64,000 bases of DNA from Catajapyx aquilonaris (Eukaryota), in NCBI GenBank assembly GCA_000934665.2, contig JYFJ02000131.1:62001-126000 (forward strand). Direction: 5' to 3'. Under the pieces are notes generated by a model. The model made no database searches. It was given only the letters and a program-made list of their open reading frames with translations, and was not told where the DNA came from. The position numbers and the translations under genes are program-made. Below are positions 51,601-64,000 of the stretch, piece by piece (within the stretch, counting starts at the first letter, position 1; each line of letters begins with the position of its first letter).

Positions 51601-54600
51601 TATACCCCATTTTTATAGCCCTCAGGGGGCCATGGACGAGCAGGATGTCCTCCCACGATGGTCACCATTTGTCGATAATTTTTTTTTTTATATCAGCTTG
51701 TTGTCGAGTCACTGACCGGGTGAGTTAACTATTCTAAAAAGGAGTCTGGGCACTATAGAAGCTCCCGCGTTGCTGTGCGGTAGTATACTGAAGGGTGGGC
51801 CTATGAGGGCGGGAGACCGAAAAGGAACTCCGCATGCGTCCCATAACCCTCCCCCAACCCCTCTACTTCCTACACCCCAGCAAGCCCATGGATCCGCACT
51901 ACGACAAAGCCCAATCTGGAATTCGGGGGTACCCCTCCCCCCCTACCCTATACCTAAAAACCCATAGTACTGCATCCCTTCTGCCAGAGTATATGCCTGA
52001 GATACGAGCCTATTTCATAGCTCGGTTGTCAAATTCCTCTGGAGTGACAATAGCTGGATCTGGGACATGCTATACTTATAGCAAGGATTTTGCAGGGACG
52101 CACAATAATTGGGCATGAGCCGGTTGCGACGATGAAATGTCATCAAATATTTACGGACAAGTACTGCAGCGTATGAATTATGTGGATGACCTGTTTTCAC
52201 CTACAATGCCAGTGTATGGAGTTAAATCGGTTTTTATTTCGGTGGGTAAGCATAAAAGAAACTTTTTCATTGCCTATTTAATCCAATTCGCTGCGGCGGC
52301 AAGTCGAAATCATATAATAGAGGCGGTTTGTAAATTATATTTGTCCCATAGTCATAAACATCACAGGAAGTGCTGGAACAAAAGCAAACAAACTAACAAC
52401 ATTGCCTATTTCATTCGATGCATTATGGCTCCCAATGAAAGTGGCAATCAGAGCACAGAGGCTGTTCAAATTCATATCTGCCATAAAATTATTGTAAATG
52501 TCACAGGAAGTTACATGCCCAGTTATTTCACTGTAAATGTCGATAATGTCACACTCTATTTAATGTCATTAAAATAAGGCAATTTTAAAATCTCCAAACG
52601 ACGTGACTTCTCTGAAATATTCTCAGCTGAGAATTTCTAACGACCAACTTATCCATTTAGCAGCCACGTTCTTATACGTATAAAACTTGGCTGCTGGAAG
52701 CATGAAGCTCTAGAAACGTGACACTACACTGAATTCGCGAATTATGAAGGCAGTTTCCTAATTGGTATCGCGTTCCTAAAAAGACGCTTCTAATTATACT
52801 CCAGGCGACTGTTGCCCGCTCAGACAATGGATCACGATTAAAGCCCATTGATTCGCATACCTTTGATACAACTTGTTTCAAAAATATGAAGCAATTTTTT
52901 AATTATTTCGCCACTTGAAGCCCAGTGATCTTTGGAGTTTGCTTACTTCATATTCATTATTATAGAATTATTTCAAAGGTTTGTCACCCGTGATCTTATG
53001 CTATAATAAAGGGACTACCATTGCTATGTACAGTTGTACACGCAAAAATTTGAGATCACCAGTTTTCATTCTCAGGGGTTGTAAATGAGTGAGTTGATTC
53101 TTGCAATCTGGACACTTTCATGGACATCATTTGGGTCTGCTCCAATGACCATGCGCCAGAGCAGCATCTCCTCCACTTTACTGCCATGCAAAATCCACTG
53201 ACACTGGTCCCCACGCCCCATCCATTCCCCCCAGCACCCAAAAACCCAAACCCTCACGTAATCCCCACCGGGTATCGATCTCGAATGAAGCCCCGCGATA
53301 GTCCCACCTGCTCCGCCATATATTACAGTCAAAAAAAGGCACCTTTTCATTCCTCCGCACTATAGGCCTATATTTTAAGCAACATCCGAACAGCTTTCCT
53401 AACTTTGCACGAAAAATCGACTAACTCAAAAACTTCGAAGCAAATTGCCCAAGTTTTTAATTAGGTTTTTTTGCCCCTCTCATCGTATATGTGCAATACA
53501 CGTGGGAGTATACCGAGCTATTTTAAGCGTAATTATATCGTCGTATGCAAATGAGAGACTGACTCATATTATTAATATATTCAGTACAGTTGCAGTCGAC
53601 CAGTGCAAATATAATCTGTATAACAAGCCCAGCCAACTGGTAGTGATTTTGATGAGAAAGTTAGTTCCGTCTGAGTTAATGTGTTGCAGGCAAGTAATAT
53701 GAACTAGTTTTTGTATAGTATGTTCTCTCAAAAGGGAGTTCCCAGTTGCCTTCTGTGTTCTGCTCGAAAAGCTGCTTTCATCTGGACGGGTCATTTGCGG
53801 CCCGGTTACATTGTTCAGACCCCTGGGAGGCATGTAAGGGACAAGAAGGGGGGCTCTGCTCAGCATCCTTTCAGGAGCAAACTTGGCAATTAATCTTATT
53901 AACCGAGTGCGCAACAATCACCCAGGCGGTCCTAACCATTAATTGAAAACGCATTGTCATCAGGCCTCTAATGGCGTGCGAAAAAAAGCCTGCGGGTGAG
54001 GGGGGGTTGTAATGCAAAAAAACGGATAATAGCATTCGCATGTATCAGCATAAAAGCCTGAAGCCAATGTAACAATTGACAGGGATGTACTTGATACACG
54101 CACATGTTGGAGCGGCCTTTCAAAATTTCCAAAATAAGTTCGGTGCTCGTTTTACCGTGGAATCGACACCTCCTGTGGTTTGTGAGCGTTGCCCGGGAAA
54201 ATCGCTTGTTTAATGTAGTCCCCACTGAATCCCACATTGCTCGTTACTGTTTAGATCATTTATTTGTACGGCTTGGTTTGAGGGTTGGTCTAAACTGGCT
54301 GTCGGTTGTCAACCCCCTTTTTTAAATGCAGCGGCTTATTGACGCTTTCGGACCTAGTTGGTGTGACAAAATCGTCGCATTAACACAACATGTATGATGT
54401 GCCAGTTTAGCAATCAACCAGACTTGACTTCTTTAAAAAAAATCCCATCACAAACGGTTGTGCGCAGAATACAAAGGTTGACAACCAGTAATTAAAAATA
54501 ACCAGTGTTCAGTGCCAAGGAGTTCCAATGGCACTGCGTATATGATGGCCTCGTGGTTTTTTTCGTAAACAGAGCAGGAAGTTTCGGAGTGTGTGATTAG

Positions 54601-57600
54601 TGGTTAACTCTGTTGCAAGCTGTTGTTGTGCCCACATTTCACCTTGACATAAGGGTCCAGAACTGTTGCCAATTTCAACAAAAAGCGTGCGGAAAATTTC
54701 CTGTTGCCAAAAATAAAGAAATGGTCACATTTTCAACAAGGAGAGTCGGGCTCTATTATTACTCCTTGAAGCTGTTTTGTGCCCCGAAATCATTGGCATC
54801 ATTAGGCTTCAATGGAGCAGAAATTGCAGAAATTACGTAAAAACCAACCTATAGGGAAACTTTCTTCTTCTTTCCATCCTACCATATCTGAAATTAGACG
54901 TGGGAGGAAAGTAGCATTGCAAAAGCTCCATTTCCCTTTCTACACAAAAGTCGATGCAAGGGTCTTGCCCTTTGAAGTTTGGCCAAGTCAAACCCCACCT
55001 TTGCCGCCCTATCACACCTCCCCAATATTTTCCAAAATTGGCAATTTGCAGAGTTTGCACTCCAGAAACAACCCGGCACAAAGTAATCACCCCGCCAGGC
55101 AAATAGAGGGTAGCTCTCAGATCGAATTAGTTCCTCACTTAACCATCAGCAGATTTACCTTTTTGCCCTCTGGATTATTATTCGTTCCGCCATTTTTCCA
55201 CCTCATTTATCCATTGCTTCCCTCAAATAAAGTCATTTCCAGTCGTTAAGCGCCACAATATTGTTAATTACGAAAAGTAGTTGCTGCGTAATTGGCCGAG
55301 CTATTAGGCCGCAAATCTGGATTATTATGCGGGCCCAGCATGAGCACACATACATCCAGCAGGGCACGCCCCGCTAACTAATGTTGGTAATTGAACCAAC
55401 AGCTATTCATCCTGTTAGGGGGAAATCTTTGTGCAGTCATGCGCACTAATCCTGACACAAATAGGGACATTCCTTTTGCCGTATTCTGTACTGTATACCC
55501 AGAACATACATACAATTTGCCATTCTAAATGGAAATATTACGACGGGCAATTTCGAGCCTTAATTGCGAATTAATCCCTCAGAAAGGATCCACAGAAACT
55601 TGCGTACAGCTGCGTTGGTATATGAATAATAACAGAAGCTTACCAATGCTGCGATGCACTCTCCTCTTCGGAGGATTCGCAAATGATGCGAAATTACAGT
55701 ACTTTAACATAGTGTAAAGTTACAACGCTGTTATTGTGCAGCAACGATGTTGAATTGAAACTTTTATGTCACATTTGCGGCACGTTAATTTCTTTATGTT
55801 TTTACAATAATTTTATGCCCCTATACAGTGATCTACAAGCTATTTTAATTACAGGGTCTTAGTCTTTCCAAATTTTAAAAAATTCTACACATTGTTATTA
55901 AAAGGTATAAGGCTACAGTATAAAGCAATACTTTCACGTACAAAATGTGTTTGAAGCATTTTTTTGTCGCTTCTTCCCGCAACATTGTAGCAACCTACAC
56001 TGCAGGTGGGATTTTTTTTTTTCCTCCTGAAAAAGTTTTCGAAGCCAGACAAAAGTCTTTCGTAGTGGACTCCTGGGCTAACCTTTACGTCCAAGGAGCT
56101 TGCTGGCCTTCTACTTTCTAGGACAACATAAGATGTTATAGGGTCACAACAGCAGCAAAGGCGTCAATCGACTTTTTTGAGAGAGGATAGCTAGAAAGAA
56201 TGGGTGTATATACACACTGCGGGCTTCTGGAAGCTTTTAGAGAGCCAAAGGAAGTTGGATTAACCGAGGTGCTGGGGAAGATCGAGGGCAGCAAAAGGGT
56301 CAAGTGCCACGCTGATAAAACAAAGACATGATAAGACACACATAACCATTTTAGTTAGTCTTCAAGGTTATATTGACAATGTCTTGGGCTTATGAATTTA
56401 GTGCATAATTGTTGGTCCCCAATTGAATGACTTTAATTGAGGAGGAGTTCGGGAAGCGTTCCTGTATTTAAATATTCCATGCCCTGTTGACAGCCGTTGT
56501 GATTGCAACGTACGCCGGAACACGCAAGCCAACACGCCATTGAAATTCAGCTAGGTCGGCGCAACTATCAGGCATTACACACCCTACAACCGAAACCGAG
56601 CTTTGTAGCATGCACAGCAGAATCCTCTAACCGAGGTTACATGTCATAGCAGGGGGTCGGTGTATACAGGAAATAACAAAGCGCCTAGTCAATTACTCTT
56701 GAAAGAATCAGGTTACTTGACCTACCATGTAAGTTAAAAAATAATAATATTGCCATCGCTACTTTCTCGACATTTTAGACTGCATGGCATACAGTTGTGA
56801 CTCACCATGTATATCAGACTGATTGAAACTGACAGCCAACAGTAGCAGACTCTAATTATTGCATAACACATGAACCACATGAACCATAAACCCTGACACC
56901 ATAAACTTATCCAGGATTTATTGGACGAAATTTCACACAACAGCCTGTGAATCTGACGAAAACAAAAAAAAATTATCCCCATCCGCAGCAGCTCTATTCA
57001 AATCCCACGACACCACATCATTAAACCGAAGTGGCGCATTTGCAGATTATCGGAGCAAAAAAGCACTGTAGTACAGTAGTAGTCAGAAGTCCCAGCCCAC
57101 GGTGCACACCACATTACATTCTTCCTTTCTAAATGGGTCGGAACTGCAGAAAAAAAAGTCGTCGTCTGGCCTCATGGCGCCGTCGGGCAGACAAATGTGC
57201 ACGTCAGTCGTGTTATTTAGCCAAAGAGTTGCGGGGGCGTTCACCCGTGATTTTGCCAACGTATACCCGAAAGTGTCGGGACGGATTTATAACAAGAGCC
57301 CTTGCACTCCAGTCCGGTTCTTTGGTGCCCGGAACACCCCGGGAAAATATCGGGCGTTTTTTTTTTCTCTCTCCCAAAAAGTGCTGCCATGGCACACGCA
57401 CCTTTCCAGGGGTTCCAATTTCGATTGGGTGGAGAAAATTGGGAAATTTCCTTGCCTCTCGAGACCCTCTTGCTGATTAGATTGCTTCTGAGGCTTCCAA
57501 AAATTAGATACAGTATTATAGTTCTGGTGCTATCTCCTACAGGATAGGGTTCAAAGTGGAGATATATAGGAGCAGGTGAATTCAAGCAATTTCGCTGCAC

Positions 57601-57721
57601 TACAACATGTGCTGGTTAACTTCAAAACATCATGTTTTTTTTTCCCCACACTAAAATTTCAAACAACCTCACATATCCACATACCCACATCACAAAAACA
57701 TCACGAACATGCCGATAATAA

Positions 57722-57796
57722 TGGCCGAGGTTTCGAACCCCGCCCTTCCGTTTCGCTCATTGTAACTGACGCCATGTCCGACCAATTAACCGTACC
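57722..57796 (-). pseudogene. Degenerate tRNA-like sequence / possible SINE head
   Basis: The minus strand has a B-box T-arm cgggg-TTCGAAA-cctcg, a loose A-box-like tacggttaattgg and a weak anticodon-arm-like stem. The acceptor stem does not pair. Confidence 0.3.
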
Positions 57797-57846
57797 TGAT
57801 AAACGCCAGAAAATTCGTCCAACACGCTACGTTAAAACAACTAATA

Positions 57847-57906
57847 TTCACTCCTGTTTTCCTTATATACCAGCCGAATGGTACTATTGAAACTAACAGG
57901 AGTGAA
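57847..57906. repeat. 60-nt imperfect hairpin with 12-bp perfect terminal arms
   Basis: Terminal arms ttcactcctgtt ... aacaggagtgaa; inner tacca-gccgaa-tggta. Confidence 0.75.
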
Positions 57907-60900
57907 AATGTAACATTCTGTTCGCTACGACTATAGAGCTACAGCAAAGCTGCAGGAGTAGAAAACCGTTTGGATACAGCTGAGGAAGCAGGCAATCTTC
58001 TATCTGAATTCCGGCGACCTGGCGTGAAATGGCAAGGGCCTAAAATAATACGTACTGGGAGGTCCCGTCATCACTTTTTCCAGATCCGTATACGTGGGCG
58101 TGGACTTAGTTGCGTGTAAACCCTCCAGGTGCATACAGATTGGTAATAAAACTACAGGTAATAAGTTATATCAAAATTCCAAAAATAATTTATGTGACAT
58201 ATCCTACACAGTATTTCAAAAATAATAATCTAAGCAGACTTCTTACTTAACTGTCTAGTCCTTGACACTAAATTTCCAGTGCACATAATCCCAGCTTTCA
58301 GAGCCGGAAATGGATCCAAACCGCGTCTAAGTCCTCAGTGTTCCAACCTCAAGCAGCTCTGGTTTAGCTTTGGAAATAATCTCCTCAACTTTTATTTTTT
58401 TGTTGCAAAAATTGTGGTCGCCCTGATGTGCTGAGTAGGGCCTACTACTCATATCAAAGCAAGCCTGCTGGACTCGGAAATCCAGTGACGTTGATGACGT
58501 CCATAGTGTGCGACCATGACCAGCCCCTGCACTTCCATATAATGGAGTTGCCATCAAAAGCATCGGAGAGGTTCTCTCTTTTTTTTTTAGCCATCGTCAT
58601 CAGCCTGTCGAACTTTAGTCGGGTTGCAGATCATAATACCTTTGTGCGACTTATTATGCAGATCGGCGACCGAAATTCAACGGGTGATGGATGCGCCCAA
58701 ATGAGCTTATCATCTCGTCATTCTGAGGTTTTTTTTTTTGCATGGGTTTGGAGAACATGACTGACATCTAGCTGACGGTATCTTGAGTGCAGAAAGTATA
58801 GTAAATTGTGACGGATAGCCAAGATTTGGAATCAGAAGCAGCGTCTGACAATCACTTTGGGTTCGGAATACTGAATGTGAACGTGAACTTTTTTTCGTCA
58901 AAAGCCGCGCTATGGTGGAATAAATGTTATAGAAAAGCTGAGGCAGAAGTGTCCCAGATTTTTAACCGCAATCGATCAGTGACGTGACTCGAAATTGCAC
59001 TGTATTCAAGTGATAATGAAACTCATCGATCACAAATGGCCGCTTTTTAAAAGGCACGTCATTATTACATCTGAGAATCTGGTGCGTAGGTGGCAACACG
59101 GGAGCAGGAACAGCAATTAGCTGCCCTTTTCATTTGTCTCGTTCGTTATGTCACGCTATTACTGATTACAAAAGGATTATTGACCACGCCACAGCACAGC
59201 TCTAATGATGACTGTCTACTTATATAGATGCCCTAATTACACCAAAATGTTAACCCACGGTACAAGGATATAAAAGAGGAAATGCAACTTGCACAATTGT
59301 ATGAACTGTTATAAAACAAACCGCAAAATAATTATCCCTCGACAATTAGTGTGTTGGTGCGTCAAGAATAAACTGACGTACTACATTACAGATGTGCGCA
59401 AGCAAATATTTATAACGGCCATTCGTGGTTGGGCATTATATTTGCATTAAGTTTTCTATTTTTCCAACGCAATCACTGCATAATTTTAACCGGAAAAAAC
59501 GCCGAATTCCTAAATGGCGCACAGTTTTATACCATGTTGCCTTAGGGCATCCGGGCATCAAATTTCAACTACCAGCATGCATACATGTCATTACTCGCAA
59601 ACTGCTGACTAAAATTGTGTTGATGCCATTAAACATCATCCTTATCGTTTATTCCGACACCACATTTTTCCATCGAAATAGCTCAAATGTCTCGCTTTTC
59701 TATCAAACTTTGTCCTGGACACAATCCAAAAATACCTGTGACATGACTCTGATGGTTCAACCCTGTCACTCTTCTTACTTGGCATCATGCTTATCCCGGA
59801 AATGCACGGAGGTGAGTTGCGGTCACCACCAAATTGTCAGCCGAAATAACGGCGGATGCGCTCATTTCCTGTTTACACGAGAGAGAGAATACAGGGTTGC
59901 AACAAAAGGGAACTTTCAATAATTACAAAGAGTGCAGTGGAGTTAATCACTCGGAGAAAAAATGTGGGCGCATTACTCTGTACTTTTAATTTACGTGGTT
60001 CAATGCTGGGTAATCTAACCAGTGAGTAACGGTTTTTTTTTGACAGTTGATGCTAAACACGATGGAAGAATTAGTTGAATTTATGGGTCCAGCAGTTTGT
60101 ATGTCATCAATAATCCAACTTTCATTGGCAGTAATTTGATTTATCGTCACTGGCAGCGAACTCGTTGAGATAACGAAGTTATTACCGAACTTATTTGCTG
60201 CTACGTGTTTATTTGCCAGCTTTAATCAGGCGGCAGTTGCCTTAATCACTGTTTTACCGCAGATTTTGATTGCCGGCAAATCGATGTCAGACATCAATCT
60301 TCGCGTGTCAAAACTCGTCCTCTGTCCAGTTAGGCATAATCACCTTTATTTTAAATGATTGCGGTATGTGTCACATGATGCCGGATTTAGCCATTATCTT
60401 ACAAATATTCGCAAGCTTTTTTTTTGCACATGACAATGCCGTATCCGCCAGTGTACAGTGCGGAAGTTGACAAATATTTGCGCTCTCAGGCGTGTAACCT
60501 GATTTCGGCAATTGGATGGGTAAATTTAATCAGGATCGACGCCTTTCTTTCCAATTTCGCAGATGAAAGATTATCGGATATTTGGCTGTGCTGCTATGGC
60601 AGGACCAATAGAGCGACACAAAGCTCTGGGCTCATAATTGCGCAACCACAACAAAGGGCTCTCCTTATTTGCACAGATCAAGGTGAAAATTTTGGTGCAA
60701 CTAAAACGAAGCGTTCTGGAAAATTGATCGTTTAAAGATCCCCTGTTGGATCAAACTGGCTGCTGTACAAGTTTTCTAGATATATCGGCATGGAGCTGCA
60801 AACAAGTGTTGCTGCAACATACAGTCAAGTGGCGGGTGATGATAGGCATGGTTCTATTTACGAGGGGACTAAGTGGACACAGGGATGTGTACAATGTGAG

Positions 60901-63900
60901 TGTAATTTGCTAGGCATAATCTGGCATGTCATCAATCTATTGGGTGATTTACACAATTTGGATCGTCCGATTTTCGACGGGAGTGAAAACAGTTAGGTGC
61001 CAGTGTGCACTTCATCACCAGTCATTGTGTGGAGGTTAATTAGAAAAAAATGTCGATAATTACCGGGAACACACATGGGGCGACAATATTATATTGATTA
61101 GCAATTTTTCGCTCTGTTATTTTTAAGCTGTAATTTTTGTATACTTTACTAGTTATCCGCAAAAGCATTTGGGCTATTTTTCATATTAAGTTACTTTGAC
61201 CCATGATTTTATATTCTCGCACACTAAAATACGAAACATAAAAATAATATCTATTTTGATATTTCAGTGTAATCGTTCAATTGTGATCTATATTTAGTAC
61301 GCATGGTACACGCTGATAAACGAATCACTAGTTTATATAGAAAGGCGATAAACTAATTAATATGCATTTATTAAATGAATCATTATGAAACACCAAATTA
61401 CAGTCAATGGGATTTTCGCAGTAACCGCTGTTCACCGATCAACTATTTTGGTCACCACACGATTATACAAACCTGCTGCCGCCTGCTGCATTACTATACA
61501 TACAAGGTGTACTGTACAACAGACTATAATTATATTGAAAAACATTCATTTAAACATCAGTTTAAATCCTTGTAGATTTCGGACACATTATAGACAAGAT
61601 ATTGAATATTCAATGGCGGATTTGTCACAAAAACCGACATGATACTCATCATTTGCATCGCACGTAATTATAATATATTATGGATGGAAAACTACTGTAT
61701 ATACAGTATGATTGCAATGTGTATAATTTCACATGAAAATAAACAAAATGACGGACGTTTGTCACTGCACATAACATAATGTTTACTGCATTATTAATAA
61801 AAAGTACAGTTAATTGAATGAGACTAACAGTAAATATAAACGATTGAATGGAATATGCAATTCCGTACGATAAGCACGTGCTCTTTTATAGGTCTGAATC
61901 TAAATCCGATAACAATGCATCCAAAACGTGCTTCACACAAGTAATGTTGTCCACTTTTTTACGAATCAAAAAAGACTGGTTTACTTGCTCGCGTCAAGCC
62001 CCCTCAACCCGATATTAGTTTGGAAGCCTGGTTTAAAAAAATGCCTGTTAAAACCTCCCTTTGTTACATTAATCCCCTTGGCCCACACACTGCACAGTAT
62101 GGAGAGGCATGATACATCTGGAATCAAATTTCATCCGACCCTGCCTCACAGGCTCTGCCAGGTTAATCCCACATCACAAACATCGTGTAAAGCTGTGTGC
62201 ACCCGAATAGTCCATTGGCTGTCCCCCAGACAACACGCAACAATACTCCTCTTGCACATACAATGTTACCTCGTATATAACAAGCAGGGAAGGCAGACTC
62301 CGACCCCGACTATTTTCCTTCTGAAAGGACGTAATTTAATGAGCGAATATATAGGACGGTCCACATCTCAGACACAGCAGAATGGAATTGCCGCTGTATG
62401 AAATCCACTTCAAAAGGTACGGCTGCGGATGTGCCTTGCCATGCAAACAAGAACCCCCCCACTTCTCTTCTGTATATATAATACAGTATCTGCGACATGG
62501 GGATGCCATTTCTTGTATCAGTTCAAGCGAAACTTCACTTTTTCGCAAAGTTTAGTCCGAAGTTTAAAGGGGAGGAAAAGTGCTGTTTACATTGTGCAAG
62601 TGACATGTTGATTCTGTAAATTTATAAAAGTAAGGCAGAGAGGAAGTACAAAATGTCTGCATAAATGTCAAACAGTTACAATAATATTTACTGCTAGCGA
62701 AAGAAATGCTTAATGCAGTTCAGTTCGTTTGAGTTTAACAACTGGTTCGATTTAAATCTGTTTTAAGGGGTATGCTGTGACATCCAATCACTGCATCATA
62801 AGTGTGATAGAAGCATGCCATTAACCTGCCAAAATATTGAAAAAGGTGCTGTCAAGCTGACAGCTTTCCGTATGCATCGTGTGTCAACTGTCAGCATCGC
62901 TACTAAAATTAATGCACAGGAATATGTAGTCATGTCAAGCTCTCTGGCCTATCCCATTTCGGCATTGAAACGTAAAAAAAAAACTGTAACCACAATTACG
63001 GCAAAACTGCAGTATCGACAGTAACTTTAAAGGAACTGCTTAATATCACAATGCTTCAACTTCGAGACGCATCTGTGGCCGCAGGCTGTTACATGTCCAT
63101 TCTGCGACAGAAGGGTGAATCGAGCTGGATTTTGACGTATAGTCGTGTCACTCGTGAGACTCACAGAGGGAAAGAAAATTCAATTTCTTCTTTTCAACTT
63201 CGTAGCAAGCAAAAGTTGCATGAAATATTAGCGTTGTAATGTCCCACTGCTAATATAATAATTCCGAAACACACTATAGTTGGTAGAATTCTTGTGAGCG
63301 TCTGCTGTGTTCCGGCAAAAACCTGGGACTTTATAAATAGCCAAAATACTGTACAGTGACTAATTCTAGATTTGCGCGCTTATTTTTACGACGAGGGCAA
63401 TGTAACTTACATGGAATGGTCTATTCAATTATTGGTTTAAACGGGGTATTGCACTTTAAACTACTTAAATTTCGACATAGCCCGAAACAAGTGCTCGTGA
63501 GCTTGCCACTGAGAACAGTTTATAATTAGCAAGGCTAAATAGGTTGTTAACGGATGTTTCCTGAGCAAATGTAATATTCTTGCACGCATTCATATCCAGC
63601 GCAATTGCGGTGTAACTATCACGTTGCCCTTCACAATATTTGGAATGGTTTTTGTCTTTCAGAGAGAGCTTCTCTCACACGCTTTCTCATGGATTTCTTC
63701 ATGCCAACATTAGTACAGTATAAAGAGATATAAAATTAGTATTGCAGTACCGTAATACCTCAATGCAAATGATGTACAGAAATTTCCTCAGTTACCTTCT
63801 TGCTGGGAAATACGCTGTATTATTTAACCGTCTGTCTTAGCAAATATGCAAGAAAAAGCGGTTGGCAATATTATTGGAGAGGAAGAAAACGAGCTGCGAA

Positions 63901-64000
63901 AGTGCAATCAATGCTCTTCCTTTGGAGCTGGCGTGTTCCAATGGTGGGTGTCCAATGATCGATCTGGCCACCATGCTGCAGGGACACTGTGGGAAAAGTG

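Noticed and set aside
52619..52634. 16-bp palindrome attctcagctgagaat
   Set aside because: About one palindrome of this length is expected by chance in 64 kb.
58327..58563. QQACFDM, resembling the PDE4 C|FDV junction
   Set aside because: The following residues do not match FDVxNG/UCR1, and the position is upstream of the first exon.

Overview
Eukaryotic, moderately AT-rich, almost entirely non-coding animal DNA. CpG is not obviously depleted, which suggests an invertebrate; a cephalochordate or other deuterostome is plausible but not demonstrable here. The supplied ORF track looks like noise and misses the one convincing coding signal because it is under 60 aa. That signal is a minus-strand first coding exon at 9922-9783 encoding MSQLQVPEIRLAASTDTSNAHRGPPVGPGLLTVPAGVPRRRHSWIC and ending in a phase-2 AG|GTAACA donor. 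RRHSWIC is the isoform-specific PKA-site motif of vertebrate PDE4D3/PDE4B4, so the window is most likely the large 5' alternative-promoter region of a cAMP phosphodiesterase PDE4 (dunce-type) gene. The shared UCR1/UCR2/catalytic exons were not found and probably lie left of base 1. Around the exon are at least 11 perfect CRE palindromes, four of them in a 73-bp minisatellite about 3.6 kb upstream. There are also several weaker phase-2 first-exon candidates, a perfect DR4 element, promoter-like motif clusters, hairpins and repeat relics. The exon peptide carries calcineurin-docking-like motifs next to the PKA site. All assignments were made by eye; no searches were run.
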